The notes under the pieces: generated by a model
What the model was told of the DNA's origin: nothing
What the model saw: only the letters and a program-made list of their open reading frames with translations
The model's database searches: none
Program-made: the position numbers and the translations under genes
DNA from: Desulfatiglandales bacterium
GTDB lineage: Bacteria; Desulfobacterota; DSM-4660; Desulfatiglandales; Desulfatiglandaceae
NCBI GenBank assembly: GCA_963666345.1
Contig: OY762721.1
Coordinates: forward strand, 576,001 to 640,000
Direction of reading: 5' to 3'
Length of the DNA: 64,000 bases
Shown here: positions 8,762-17,669 of the stretch, piece after piece
Layout of the letters: each line of letters starts with the position of its first letter
Position numbering within the stretch: position 1 is the first letter of the stretch

Positions 8762-10414
8762 ATGTTCCGGCGGATACTGGATTGTGCCAGCAGGCAAACC
8801 TCAAAAATCGCCTTTCTTGAAGAAATCCTGAAGATACTGATGGATTTTTCGGGGTGCGACTCAACCGCCTTTCTTATGCAGGACGGGAAGAAATACCACT
8901 GTTTCAAGTCCTATAAAAAAAGCGGGGACCCGTTCGATTTTGAAATCATAAATCTCATTCACGGGCAAAAGTCTCTTGAAGGGATGAAATATCTGAGAAA
9001 ATGGGGCCGGGGCATTCCCGGTTTCCCCCCTTTTTTCCGTTACAGAGATGGGGGTTTGTGGGTAAACGATACATCTGAATTTTTGGATGAATGCCCTGAC
9101 CCTGTTGTCGAGATTTTAAAGGAACTTATTCCTGCCGTATCATCATATCCTTCTGCGGCCCTTGTACCCATTGAAGCTGACGGCTCTCATGCCGGAATTT
9201 TACAACTGGGAAGCAGGAAGGCTTATCACTTCAAAGAGACTGAAACGGACAACTATAAAGGGATAATCGAAAGCATCGGCACTGCGTTGAAGGTCTGGCA
9301 GGTTCATTCAGCCCTTAATGAGCGAGTCAAGGAACTCACCTGCCACTACAATATACTGCAACTGTCCGATCAACCGGACAGGACCCTGGATGAAATTTTC
9401 AAAGGGGTTGTTGAGCTTCTTCCCCCTGCATGGCAATTCCCGGACGCTGCCACGGCCCGGATCGTATTTGACGGAGAGGTCTATGCATTGCCCGATTTTC
9501 AAAAGGCAAAAGACAGGCAATCATCCTATATAATCGTTAAGGGCAAAAAACGTGGGTTCATAGAGGTGGCATACACCGAAGATAAGCCTGAGCTGGATGA
9601 GGGCCCGTTTCTGAGGGAAGAAAGAGAGCTTATTGAAAGCGTTTCGAGAGAATTATCGCTGATCATCCTGAGAAGAGTAAGCGAAGAAGAAAAGAGCGAG
9701 CTGTTGGATCAGCTCAGACACGCCGATCGGTTGGCTATTATAGGCCAACTGGCCGCAGCCGTGGCTCATGAACTGAATGAACCACTGGCAAATATCCTGG
9801 GATTCTCTCAGCTTGCATTGAAATCGGAAGGAGTTCCCGAACAGACAAGGCAGGATATTGAGAAAATATCAGCCGCATCTCTTCATTCAAGAGAAATCAT
9901 CAAAAAATTATTGGCGTTCGCACGACAGACACCCTCAAAAAAATCCCTTGTAAGCCTGAATCAGGTTGTAAAGGAAACACTCTATTTCCTTGATTCCAGA
10001 TGCGCTAAGGAAGGCATCACCATGAAATTATCCCTCCACCCCGACATTCCGGATATCATCGCAAACGCGGGACAGCTCATGCAGGTCCTGACAAATCTGG
10101 TGGTAAATTCCATGCAGGCGATGCCCGAAGGCGGCAATCTCACCATCAGCACCCTTAACAAGGGGGATTATGTTATTCTTGCCGTGGAAGACACGGGAAT
10201 CGGCATGAGCGAGGATGTCAAGGAAAAGATTTTCACGCCTTTTTTTACAAACAAAGTCGCCGGGCAGGGAACAGGCCTGGGGCTGCCGGTCGTCCATGAC
10301 ATCATAATGGCCCATGGAGGAAGGATGAAAGTGGAAAGCGATGTCGGTCAAGGAACAAGTTTTGAGATCCGTCTGCCGGTCAACCGGCCGGAAAGGACCA
10401 GGACAGATGATTAA
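8762..10414 (+). CDS. Cytoplasmic sensor histidine kinase (GAF-like input, HisKA, HATPase)
   Basis: H-box AHELNEPL, N-box NLVVNS, G boxes DTGIG and GTGLGL; no transmembrane helix. Confidence 0.92.
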   Translation: MFRRILDCASRQTSKIAFLEEILKILMDFSGCDSTAFLMQDGKKYHCFKSYKKSGDPFDFEIINLIHGQKSLEGMKYLRKWGRGIPGFPPFFRYRDGGLWVNDTSEFLDECPDPVVEILKELIPAVSSYPSAALVPIEADGSHAGILQLGSRKAYHFKETETDNYKGIIESIGTALKVWQVHSALNERVKELTCHYNILQLSDQPDRTLDEIFKGVVELLPPAWQFPDAATARIVFDGEVYALPDFQKAKDRQSSYIIVKGKKRGFIEVAYTEDKPELDEGPFLREERELIESVSRELSLIILRRVSEEEKSELLDQLRHADRLAIIGQLAAAVAHELNEPLANILGFSQLALKSEGVPEQTRQDIEKISAASLHSREIIKKLLAFARQTPSKKSLVSLNQVVKETLYFLDSRCAKEGITMKLSLHPDIPDIIANAGQLMQVLTNLVVNSMQAMPEGGNLTISTLNKGDYVILAVEDTGIGMSEDVKEKIFTPFFTNKVAGQGTGLGLPVVHDIIMAHGGRMKVESDVGQGTSFEIRLPVNRPERTRTDD

Positions 10415-11762
10415 CGACCCTTCTTCAATGAATATGGAATGCATTCTAGTCGTGGATGACGCCCCCGGCACTCTAGAGATCATCCGTCGAAATCTGACCT
10501 CAAAAGGATACCGTGTCTTTACCGCAGGCAACGTGGCGGAGGCGGTCAGTATCCTTGACACGACGATAATGGATCTGGTTGTTACCGATTTGAAGATGCC
10601 GGGAGCCGACGGATTCGATCTTTTAAGACATGTAAGGGAAAACTTCAAAGATATTGAAGTGGTTATGATAACCGGTTTTCCCAGCATCGAGGGGGCGGTC
10701 AGGGCCGTAAAGATAGGCGCGGAAGAATACCTGCCGAAACCCTTTACCGATGAAGAGCTCTTTTCCACGGTCACTCATGCATTGCAAAAACTGCGGGAGA
10801 GAAGAAATGCCCGCAATAAAACCACACCCTTTGACCATTATGGAATAATCGGGGAGTCAAAGGCGATGCGCAGTGTCTTCAGATTCATAAGAAGGGCATC
10901 TGAGACATCGGCGACAGTGCTTATATGCGGTGAAAGCGGCACCGGGAAAGAGGTCGTGGCACGGGCAATACATTACAACGGCAAAAGGGCCGCCGCACCT
11001 TTTGTTCCTGTTAACTGCGGGGCGATTCCGGAAAATCTGCTCGAAAGCGAGCTCTTCGGCTATGTAAAGGGCGCCTTTACAGGGGCTGTAGAATCGCGTG
11101 CCGGTTTTTTTCAAATCTCCGATAAAGGCACGATATTTCTGGATGAAATCAGTGAAGCAAGCCTTCCAATGCAGGTCAAACTCCTCAGGGTGCTTCAGGA
11201 TAAAGAGATATTCATGCTGGGCTCCAGCCGGTTGGCCAAGGTGGATGTCAGGGTTATGGCCGCCACAAACAGGAATCTCACCGAGCTGGTCAAAAAACGT
11301 GCCTTCAGGGAAGACCTGTTCTATCGCCTGAATGTGGTCACAATCGACATACCCCCTTTGAGGCAGAGGAGGGAAGACATAGCACCTTTAGCCCATCATA
11401 TGATCGGCAAATTTGCAAAGGAATTCGATAAAGAGCCGCCCCATATCTCAGATGAGGCTTTCAAGGCCCTTGAGACATATCAATGGCCTGGAAATGTCAG
11501 GGAATTGGAGAATATTATCCAGCGCCTGGTGGTCATGACGGAAGGCCATAAAATAGAGGTCTCGGACCTCCCCTCTTTAATGCGCTTTTCCGCCCCGAAC
11601 TGCTCAAGCCTGGATCGTTCCCTGAAGGAGGTTGAAACAGGGTACATTCGAAATGTCCTGGAAAGCGTTGACGGAAACAAGACACAGGCGGCAAGGATAC
11701 TGGGCATAGACCGCAAGACCCTTCGGGAAAAACTTAAGTCATCCGAAACAGGCGCTGCTTGA
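10407..11762 (+). CDS. NtrC-family sigma-54-dependent response regulator
   Basis: Receiver (LVVDD, DLKMP, KP), Walker A GESGTGKE, GAFTGA, WPGNVREL, Fis-type HTH; start overlaps the kinase stop. Confidence 0.95.
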   Translation: MINDPSSMNMECILVVDDAPGTLEIIRRNLTSKGYRVFTAGNVAEAVSILDTTIMDLVVTDLKMPGADGFDLLRHVRENFKDIEVVMITGFPSIEGAVRAVKIGAEEYLPKPFTDEELFSTVTHALQKLRERRNARNKTTPFDHYGIIGESKAMRSVFRFIRRASETSATVLICGESGTGKEVVARAIHYNGKRAAAPFVPVNCGAIPENLLESELFGYVKGAFTGAVESRAGFFQISDKGTIFLDEISEASLPMQVKLLRVLQDKEIFMLGSSRLAKVDVRVMAATNRNLTELVKKRAFREDLFYRLNVVTIDIPPLRQRREDIAPLAHHMIGKFAKEFDKEPPHISDEAFKALETYQWPGNVRELENIIQRLVVMTEGHKIEVSDLPSLMRFSAPNCSSLDRSLKEVETGYIRNVLESVDGNKTQAARILGIDRKTLREKLKSSETGAA

Positions 11763-11772
11763 CCGGCTTAAA

Positions 11773-11808
11773 CCGGGTAATTTCTCCTCAGCGGGACAAA
11801 ACTCCCCA
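11773..11808 (+). promoter_or_regulatory. Putative tandem enhancer (UAS) for the sigma-54 activator
   Basis: Two adjacent 18-bp imperfect palindromes, CCGGGTAATTTCTCCTCA and GCGGGACAAAACTCCCCA, ~155-190 bp upstream of a -24/-12-like site. Confidence 0.55.
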
Positions 11809-11962
11809 TGTTAGCGGAAGCCTCCCTATACCGCAAAAGGACTCCCAAGGGCTCCCCTTTCCCACATCTTTTCCCCATTAACCAACCGTTGTTACACCTT
11901 TTTTTTGCACCTTTTTTTTCTGATTCAAAAGAAATCAGGGAACAATCCGTTATTTCAGCTAA

Positions 11963-11979
11963 TTAGCACGCAAATTGCA
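11963..11979 (+). promoter_or_regulatory. Sigma-54 (-24/-12)-like promoter, non-canonical
   Basis: TTAGCACGCAAATTGCA versus consensus YTGGCACG-N4-TTGCW; one mismatch, in the -24 GG. Confidence 0.55.
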
Positions 11980-12031
11980 TTTCCTTTTCAATAGATGAAA
12001 AGACATTGCAACAATTTTCAAACCATGATTC

Positions 12032-12373
12032 ATGGAGATGAAAATTATGACGTCCTTGACTAAAAAAAAGCCCTGCCCCACCGAGCAGCCCAGTGGACTC
12101 TGTTTAACTTGCAACAAATTCCCAACATGTGTCTATCCAAAAAATTCGCTTAGACCTGTCTTGTTCTGCGATGAATTTGAAGGCTATGAAGACTTCCCGC
12201 CTCAGCCTGTGCGCATAATTTCGCCCTCCCGCCCTGTCGTCTCCAGTGACACTGAAGATCAAGAGGACAGCTCATTACCGCTGCTGGGACTTTGCCGGAT
12301 CTGTGAAAGGCGCCATGAATGCACATATCCCAAACCGGAAGGGGGCGTGTGGCACTGCGAAGAGTACCTGTAA
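12032..12373 (+). CDS. Small Cys-rich protein with a duplicated 4-Cys motif
   Basis: GLCxxC-x5-CxYPK-x7/9-C[DE]E[FY] present twice. Confidence 0.8.
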   Translation: MEMKIMTSLTKKKPCPTEQPSGLCLTCNKFPTCVYPKNSLRPVLFCDEFEGYEDFPPQPVRIISPSRPVVSSDTEDQEDSSLPLLGLCRICERRHECTYPKPEGGVWHCEEYL

Positions 12374-12429
12374 CAATAAAAAGGCCCGGTCTTTGTCCTG
12401 TATAAAAGATCTATTTCAAAAGGAGCGGC

Positions 12430-13278
12430 ATGTCAGAAGAGCGTATACTGGATATCATCAACAGGCATGAAGGGCAGCTTGGGGGCCTGATAAGCGTACT
12501 CCAGGATATTCAAAACGAATACAGCTATCTTCCTGAAAAAGCATTGAGGCTCGTGGCGGACAAGACAGGCTCCTCGCTGGTAGATATTTACGGTGTGGCT
12601 ACCTTTTACAGGTCCTTCAGCCTGAAGCAGAGGGGCAAGCACCTCATATCGGTCTGCACGGGAACCGCATGCCACGTGCGGGGGTCCGCGAATATCCTGG
12701 ATGAATTCGAGCAACGCTTGGGAATAAAGGCTGGAGAGACAACTTCGGACAAACTGATTACCCTGCAAACCGTGAATTGTCTCGGGGCGTGTGCCCTCGG
12801 TCCTATCGTGGTCGTTGACGGTCATTACTTTTCCGATGTCAAGCGGCCGATGGTGAAGCAGATCATAAAATCTGCAAAAAGCGGCCTCGACCGGGTGGAT
12901 ATCGAGACAGATGAACGGATCTTTCCTGTCGACGTGAGCTGTCCAAGATGCAACCGCAGTCTTATAGACAGAAAGGTATATATCGAAGGGTACCCGTCCA
13001 TACTGGTTATGGTCTCGTTCGGGGAAAGGCATGGCTGGCTGAGGCTTTCAAGCCTGTATGGGAGTTATTCGGTGGAGCATGAGCATGAAATACCGCCAAA
13101 AGAGGTCGTTCACTTCTTCTGCCCCTACTGTAATGGGGAACTGGCCGGGGTTTCGATCTGCGCATCCTGCGGCGCGCCAATGGTACCTATGATCGTCAAA
13201 GGGGGAGGCACGGTGCATATCTGTTCCCGCCGGGGTTGCAAAGGGCACATGCTCAACTTGAGCAAAGTCGCTTTTTAA
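12430..13278 (+). CDS. NuoE/HydC-like [2Fe-2S] subunit with extra C-terminal Cys-rich domain
   Basis: VATFY, CTGTACHVRG, CLGACALGP; extension with CPRC, CPYC, CASC, CSRRGC; AAGGAG RBS. Confidence 0.9.
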   Translation: MSEERILDIINRHEGQLGGLISVLQDIQNEYSYLPEKALRLVADKTGSSLVDIYGVATFYRSFSLKQRGKHLISVCTGTACHVRGSANILDEFEQRLGIKAGETTSDKLITLQTVNCLGACALGPIVVVDGHYFSDVKRPMVKQIIKSAKSGLDRVDIETDERIFPVDVSCPRCNRSLIDRKVYIEGYPSILVMVSFGERHGWLRLSSLYGSYSVEHEHEIPPKEVVHFFCPYCNGELAGVSICASCGAPMVPMIVKGGGTVHICSRRGCKGHMLNLSKVAF

Positions 13279-13334
13279 AAGCACCCCGGTCCTTTGGCTT
13301 TGATCGGGACGGAGGATATATTTCAGGTCAATCG

Positions 13335-15185
13335 ATGAGAAGACTTACATCCATAGAAGATTTCGAGGCCCTGCAGAACAGGTTGAAAGCCGAGCGGGAC
13401 GATGGTTTACCCACGATTATCATCCCGTCAGGCACATGCGGCCAGGCCAGCGGCGCAAACGACCTGATTCGGGTGGCAAAACGGGAGATACTTCAGAGAA
13501 AATTGACCCGCAGGGTCAACCTGAGAATCACCGGTTGCCACGGATTCTGCCAGATGGAGCCCTCCGTACTGGTGGAACCTGAAGGCACCTTTTATCCAAA
13601 AACAGACATGAAAGGAATGAAGAGGATAATTGATGCGGTTATAAACGGGAAGATCTTGGAAGATCTGCTATTCAAAGACCCGGATACCGGAATGCCGATC
13701 CAACGTCAACAGGATCTGCCGTTTTTCAAAAGGCAGGTCCGGACCATCATGAGCCATAATGAGAAAGTCGACCCTCTTCATGTCAACGACTACATAGGCT
13801 CAGGAAGATACTCGGCCCTGGCCGAGGTCCTGAAAAAGGGAGACCCCGGCTGGACAATCGAAGAGGTCAAAATCAGCGGGCTGCGCGGACGCGGCGGGGC
13901 GGGTTTTCCCACAGGCCTCAAATGGGAACTGCTGGCAGGGCAAAATCACGATCCCGGGAAATTTCTGGTCTGCAATGCGGATGAAGGCGATCCGGGCGCC
14001 TATATGGATCGCAGCGTTTTAGAGGGAAACCCCCACGCTATTATCGAGGGGATGATCATAGGCGCCTATGCGACCGGTGCAACAGGGGGAGTGATTTATG
14101 TCCGGAACGAATACCCTCTTGCCATAAAACATCTTATCATAGCCCTTAGGCAGGCCGTAGAGACAGGACTGCTTGGAGATAACATCCTGGGAACCGGTTT
14201 TTCTTTTCATATCCATATGGTCAGGGGGGCGGGCGCCTTCGTATGCGGAGAGGAGACAGCCCTGATCAGTTCAATAGAGGGGAAAATGGGCGAACCCAGA
14301 CAGCGTCCGCCTTTTCCCGTGCAAAAGGGAATAAACGGGAAACCGACAGCCATAAATAACGTTGAGACATGGGCAAACATACCGGTCATCTTCGACCGGG
14401 GAGGTCGTGAATTCTCCAAGACAGGGGTAGAGAATAACTCAGGCACCAAAATTTTCAGCCTCGTAGGCAAGGTCAAATACACGGGGCTGGTGGAAGTGCC
14501 GATGGGCATGAAGATTAAAGACATAGTCTACGAGATCGGAGGAGGGCCGTCGGGAAAAGCAGGAATAAAGGCGGTCCAGACCGGGGGGCCTTCGGGCGGT
14601 TGCATACCGGCCCATCTTTTCGACCTCCCCATTGATTACGACAGTCTCAAAGGGGTCGGATCGATCATGGGCTCGGGCGGCATGATCGTCATGGACGAAA
14701 AAACCTGTATGGTGGACATGGCGAAATATTTCATGAGCTTTCTGAAGGATGAGTCATGCGGCAAATGTTTTGTGTGCCGCAAGGGTATCCAGCGAATGCA
14801 TGAGATCCTGGATGACATCTCGCAAGGCAAAGCCACAATGCTGCATCTGGACCTGCTGGAAGAGTTGGCACAGGTGGTAAAAGACGCAAGCATGTGCGGC
14901 CTTGGCCAGACAGCCCCCAATCCTGTCCTGTCCACCCTCAGATACTACCGTGATGAATATGTCGCCCATATCAAGGAGAGACGCTGCCCGGCCGGTTCCT
15001 GCAAGTCCCTGATCACATATTCAATAAACGAACTCTGCACTGGCTGTCATCTCTGCAGCGGGGCATGCCCTGCAGATGCCGTTACCGGCAACAAAAAAGA
15101 GGCGCACTCCATTGACCCGGCCAAATGTGTCAGGTGCGGCGCCTGCATGAGCGTCTGCAAATTCGATGCTATAGAGGTTGTTTAA
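13335..15185 (+). CDS. NuoF/HydB-like NAD(H)-binding flavoprotein subunit
   Basis: GLRGRGGAGFPTG, CNADEGDPGAYMDR, GAFVCGEETAL, ESCGKC..CR, N-terminal 2Fe-2S domain, C-terminal 2[4Fe-4S]. Confidence 0.95.
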   Translation: MRRLTSIEDFEALQNRLKAERDDGLPTIIIPSGTCGQASGANDLIRVAKREILQRKLTRRVNLRITGCHGFCQMEPSVLVEPEGTFYPKTDMKGMKRIIDAVINGKILEDLLFKDPDTGMPIQRQQDLPFFKRQVRTIMSHNEKVDPLHVNDYIGSGRYSALAEVLKKGDPGWTIEEVKISGLRGRGGAGFPTGLKWELLAGQNHDPGKFLVCNADEGDPGAYMDRSVLEGNPHAIIEGMIIGAYATGATGGVIYVRNEYPLAIKHLIIALRQAVETGLLGDNILGTGFSFHIHMVRGAGAFVCGEETALISSIEGKMGEPRQRPPFPVQKGINGKPTAINNVETWANIPVIFDRGGREFSKTGVENNSGTKIFSLVGKVKYTGLVEVPMGMKIKDIVYEIGGGPSGKAGIKAVQTGGPSGGCIPAHLFDLPIDYDSLKGVGSIMGSGGMIVMDEKTCMVDMAKYFMSFLKDESCGKCFVCRKGIQRMHEILDDISQGKATMLHLDLLEELAQVVKDASMCGLGQTAPNPVLSTLRYYRDEYVAHIKERRCPAGSCKSLITYSINELCTGCHLCSGACPADAVTGNKKEAHSIDPAKCVRCGACMSVCKFDAIEVV

Positions 15186-15246
15186 CGACCCGGGAAAAGC
15201 CTTCTATTGAAACAGGCTCGACCCCGGGAGTTGAGGATTTCGAATT

Positions 15247-15924
15247 ATGATAAAAATGAGCATCAACCGTTTACCCGTTTCAGTGGAAGAGGGAACGACC
15301 ATTCTGGAGGCTGCAAAATCCGTGGGTTTTCCGATCCCGACCCTCTGCTACATGGAAGGCCTGTCCCCGTATGGTGCGTGTCGGCTCTGCGTGGTGGAAA
15401 TCGGAGAAGGGCCCGGTTCCAGGCTGGTATCCTCATGTACTTATCCGGCAGAAGAGGGGCTCAAGGTTCGAACCGCCTCAACCCGAGTACTCAAGGCAAG
15501 AAGGATGATACTGGAGCTTCTCCTTGCCTCCTGTCCTCAGTCGAAGACCATTCAGGACCTTGCTTCGGCCCATGGAATCAGGCAGCAGCGATTCAGGCAG
15601 GAATATGAAGACTGCATCCTGTGCGGATTATGCGTGCGCATGTGTGAAGAGCAGATGAGGGCCAAGGCCATCGGTTTCAGGGGCAGAGGAGAGAACCGGA
15701 GCATAGGCACCCCTTTTGATGTCCAGTCGGAAACCTGCAGGTTCTGCGGCGGGTGCATGTATGTATGCCCGGCCTGCCAGTTGAGATGCACGTACACTGA
15801 ACCGGAAAAGGCTATTTGCGGGGGCTGTGAAAACCTCAGGCCTCCATGCATCGAAAAGGAACCCTTTGACGATATGATGTGCTACATGGACCCCTGTGTG
15901 GCCTGCGAGATACGGAAGGACTAA
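15247..15924 (+). CDS. NuoG/HydA N-terminal-like Fe-S subunit lacking a catalytic domain
   Basis: IPTLC...GACRLC...SC (2Fe-2S), CILCGLCVRMC, CRFCGGCMYVCP, then a short Cys-rich tail; only 225 aa. Confidence 0.9.
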   Translation: MIKMSINRLPVSVEEGTTILEAAKSVGFPIPTLCYMEGLSPYGACRLCVVEIGEGPGSRLVSSCTYPAEEGLKVRTASTRVLKARRMILELLLASCPQSKTIQDLASAHGIRQQRFRQEYEDCILCGLCVRMCEEQMRAKAIGFRGRGENRSIGTPFDVQSETCRFCGGCMYVCPACQLRCTYTEPEKAICGGCENLRPPCIEKEPFDDMMCYMDPCVACEIRKD

Positions 15925-15945
15925 TTAAGAAAGGAGAACGGCGAC

Positions 15946-17529
15946 ATGTCACTTTCAAAAATAAACGCCTCTGCCGCTACATTGACCAAAAACAGGACTG
16001 AAGGATCCATAGTACCCTCTTCAGGCATGTGCGTGACATGCGTGGATGGCTGTATAGGCATGTGCGAAATAGGAAAGTCCGCCTACCGGGGTCATGAGGT
16101 GATTTATCCCCAGCCCTTTGGGGTCATAACCACTGCTGGAGAAAAAGATTACCCGGTGGATTACTCCCATTTTAATATCATGGGTAGCACGGTCGGGGCC
16201 CACGGCATAGAAGAAGACAGTGACAGGGCCATATTCCCATCGGTAAACCTTGAAGTGGTTATCGGCCATGACAAAGGCCTGAAATTTCGTTACCCCTGGA
16301 TCATTCCGGGAATCGGTTCAACCAATATCGCCAAACAGAACTGGGATGGGCTGGCAATAGGATCGGCACTGGCGGGGACAGGTCTCACGATAGGTGAAAA
16401 CGTCGCAGGCATGGACCAGGGCTGTAAGATAAAGCATGGGCGCGTAGTAGACACGGTGGACCTCAAAAGAAGGGTGAAGCTCTACCAGAATCACCAGCGC
16501 GACGGCTACGGGGCGATCATTCTTCAGGCCAACATAGAGGATACACGTCTGGAGGCGCAGGAATATGCCATAGAAAACCTGGGCATTGAGTGTGTCGAGC
16601 TGAAATGGGGTCAGGGAGCGAAAAGCATAGGGGGTGAGGTAAAGATCCGGGACCTGAAAAAGGCCCAAATGCTTCATGACCGTGGTTATATAGTAATTCC
16701 CGACCCGAAAGATCCGGTGGTGATCAGGGCCTTTGAGCGGGGGGCGTTCAAGGAGTTTGAAAGACACTCGCGGGTCGGGATGGTAACCGAAGAGGCATTC
16801 GCCAAACGCATCGAGGAACTGAGAAAAGCGGGTGCCCGTTATATATCTTTAAAAACAGGCGCTTATCGGCCTTCTGATCTTGCAAGGGCTCTTGCATATT
16901 CTTCCAAGTACGGGTTGGATTATCTTACCGTCGACGGTGCGGGCGGAGGCACGGGCATGAGCCCCTGGCGTATGATGAATGAATGGGGAATTCCCCCCGT
17001 ATACCTCCACTCACTCCTTTTCAGCTACGCGGAAAAACTTTCAGCAAAAGACAGATATGTGCCTCCCCTGGTGTTGGCAGGTGGATTTACCCTTGAGGAT
17101 CATATCTTCAAGGGCCTGGCCCTCGCGTCACCTTACGTCAAAATGATAGGCATGGCCAGGAGCCCGATTGCCGCAGCTATGGTAGGAAAGACTATCGGCC
17201 AGGCCATCGACGCCCATCAGCTTCCCGTTTATGTGGAACGTTTCGGCAGCTCAAAGGATGAAATTTTTGTCACATCCCCTTCACTGCGCAAAGAATTGGG
17301 TGACAAGGAATTCGAGAATCTGCCGGCCGGCGCCATAGGTCTTTATACCTATTATGAAAGGCTTGCCCATGGATTGCGTCAACTCATGGCAGGTTCAAGA
17401 AAGTTTTCCCTTGATCAGGTCAACAGGCATGATATCGCGGCATTGACGGAGGAGGCCGCCAATATAAGCGGGATCAGGTATATCATGGATGTGGACAGGG
17501 AGATGATTGAGGATATCCTTGGATGTTAG
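15946..17529 (+). CDS. FMN-binding glutamate synthase family protein (stand-alone GltB domain-2 type)
   Basis: ELKWGQGAKSIGGE, TVDGAGGGTGMSP, EWGIP, N-terminal CxxCxxxCxxxC; no amidotransferase domain; AAGGAG RBS. Confidence 0.88.
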   Translation: MSLSKINASAATLTKNRTEGSIVPSSGMCVTCVDGCIGMCEIGKSAYRGHEVIYPQPFGVITTAGEKDYPVDYSHFNIMGSTVGAHGIEEDSDRAIFPSVNLEVVIGHDKGLKFRYPWIIPGIGSTNIAKQNWDGLAIGSALAGTGLTIGENVAGMDQGCKIKHGRVVDTVDLKRRVKLYQNHQRDGYGAIILQANIEDTRLEAQEYAIENLGIECVELKWGQGAKSIGGEVKIRDLKKAQMLHDRGYIVIPDPKDPVVIRAFERGAFKEFERHSRVGMVTEEAFAKRIEELRKAGARYISLKTGAYRPSDLARALAYSSKYGLDYLTVDGAGGGTGMSPWRMMNEWGIPPVYLHSLLFSYAEKLSAKDRYVPPLVLAGGFTLEDHIFKGLALASPYVKMIGMARSPIAAAMVGKTIGQAIDAHQLPVYVERFGSSKDEIFVTSPSLRKELGDKEFENLPAGAIGLYTYYERLAHGLRQLMAGSRKFSLDQVNRHDIAALTEEAANISGIRYIMDVDREMIEDILGC

Positions 17530-17619
17530 TTTAATGCCGGTAAGATACGGTGCGTCATCCTTGCTCCGGCTATGTTTGCCATGCATCTAATGGAAATATT
17601 AAAAAACTTCACCGCGCAA

Positions 17620-17647
17620 GAAAAAAGGCCCGGGTTATCGTAACCGG
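17620..17647 (-). terminator. Probable terminator between convergent genes
   Basis: Minus strand CCGGTTA-CGA-TAACCCGG followed by GCCTTTTTTT. Confidence 0.5.
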
Positions 17648-17669
17648 CGATGTCTGCCCAAAAGGGGCT

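Noticed and set aside
13236..13334. Extended N-terminus of the NuoF-like ORF as given by the ORF track
   Set aside because: Overlaps the upstream gene; the ATG at 13335 matches the expected family start.
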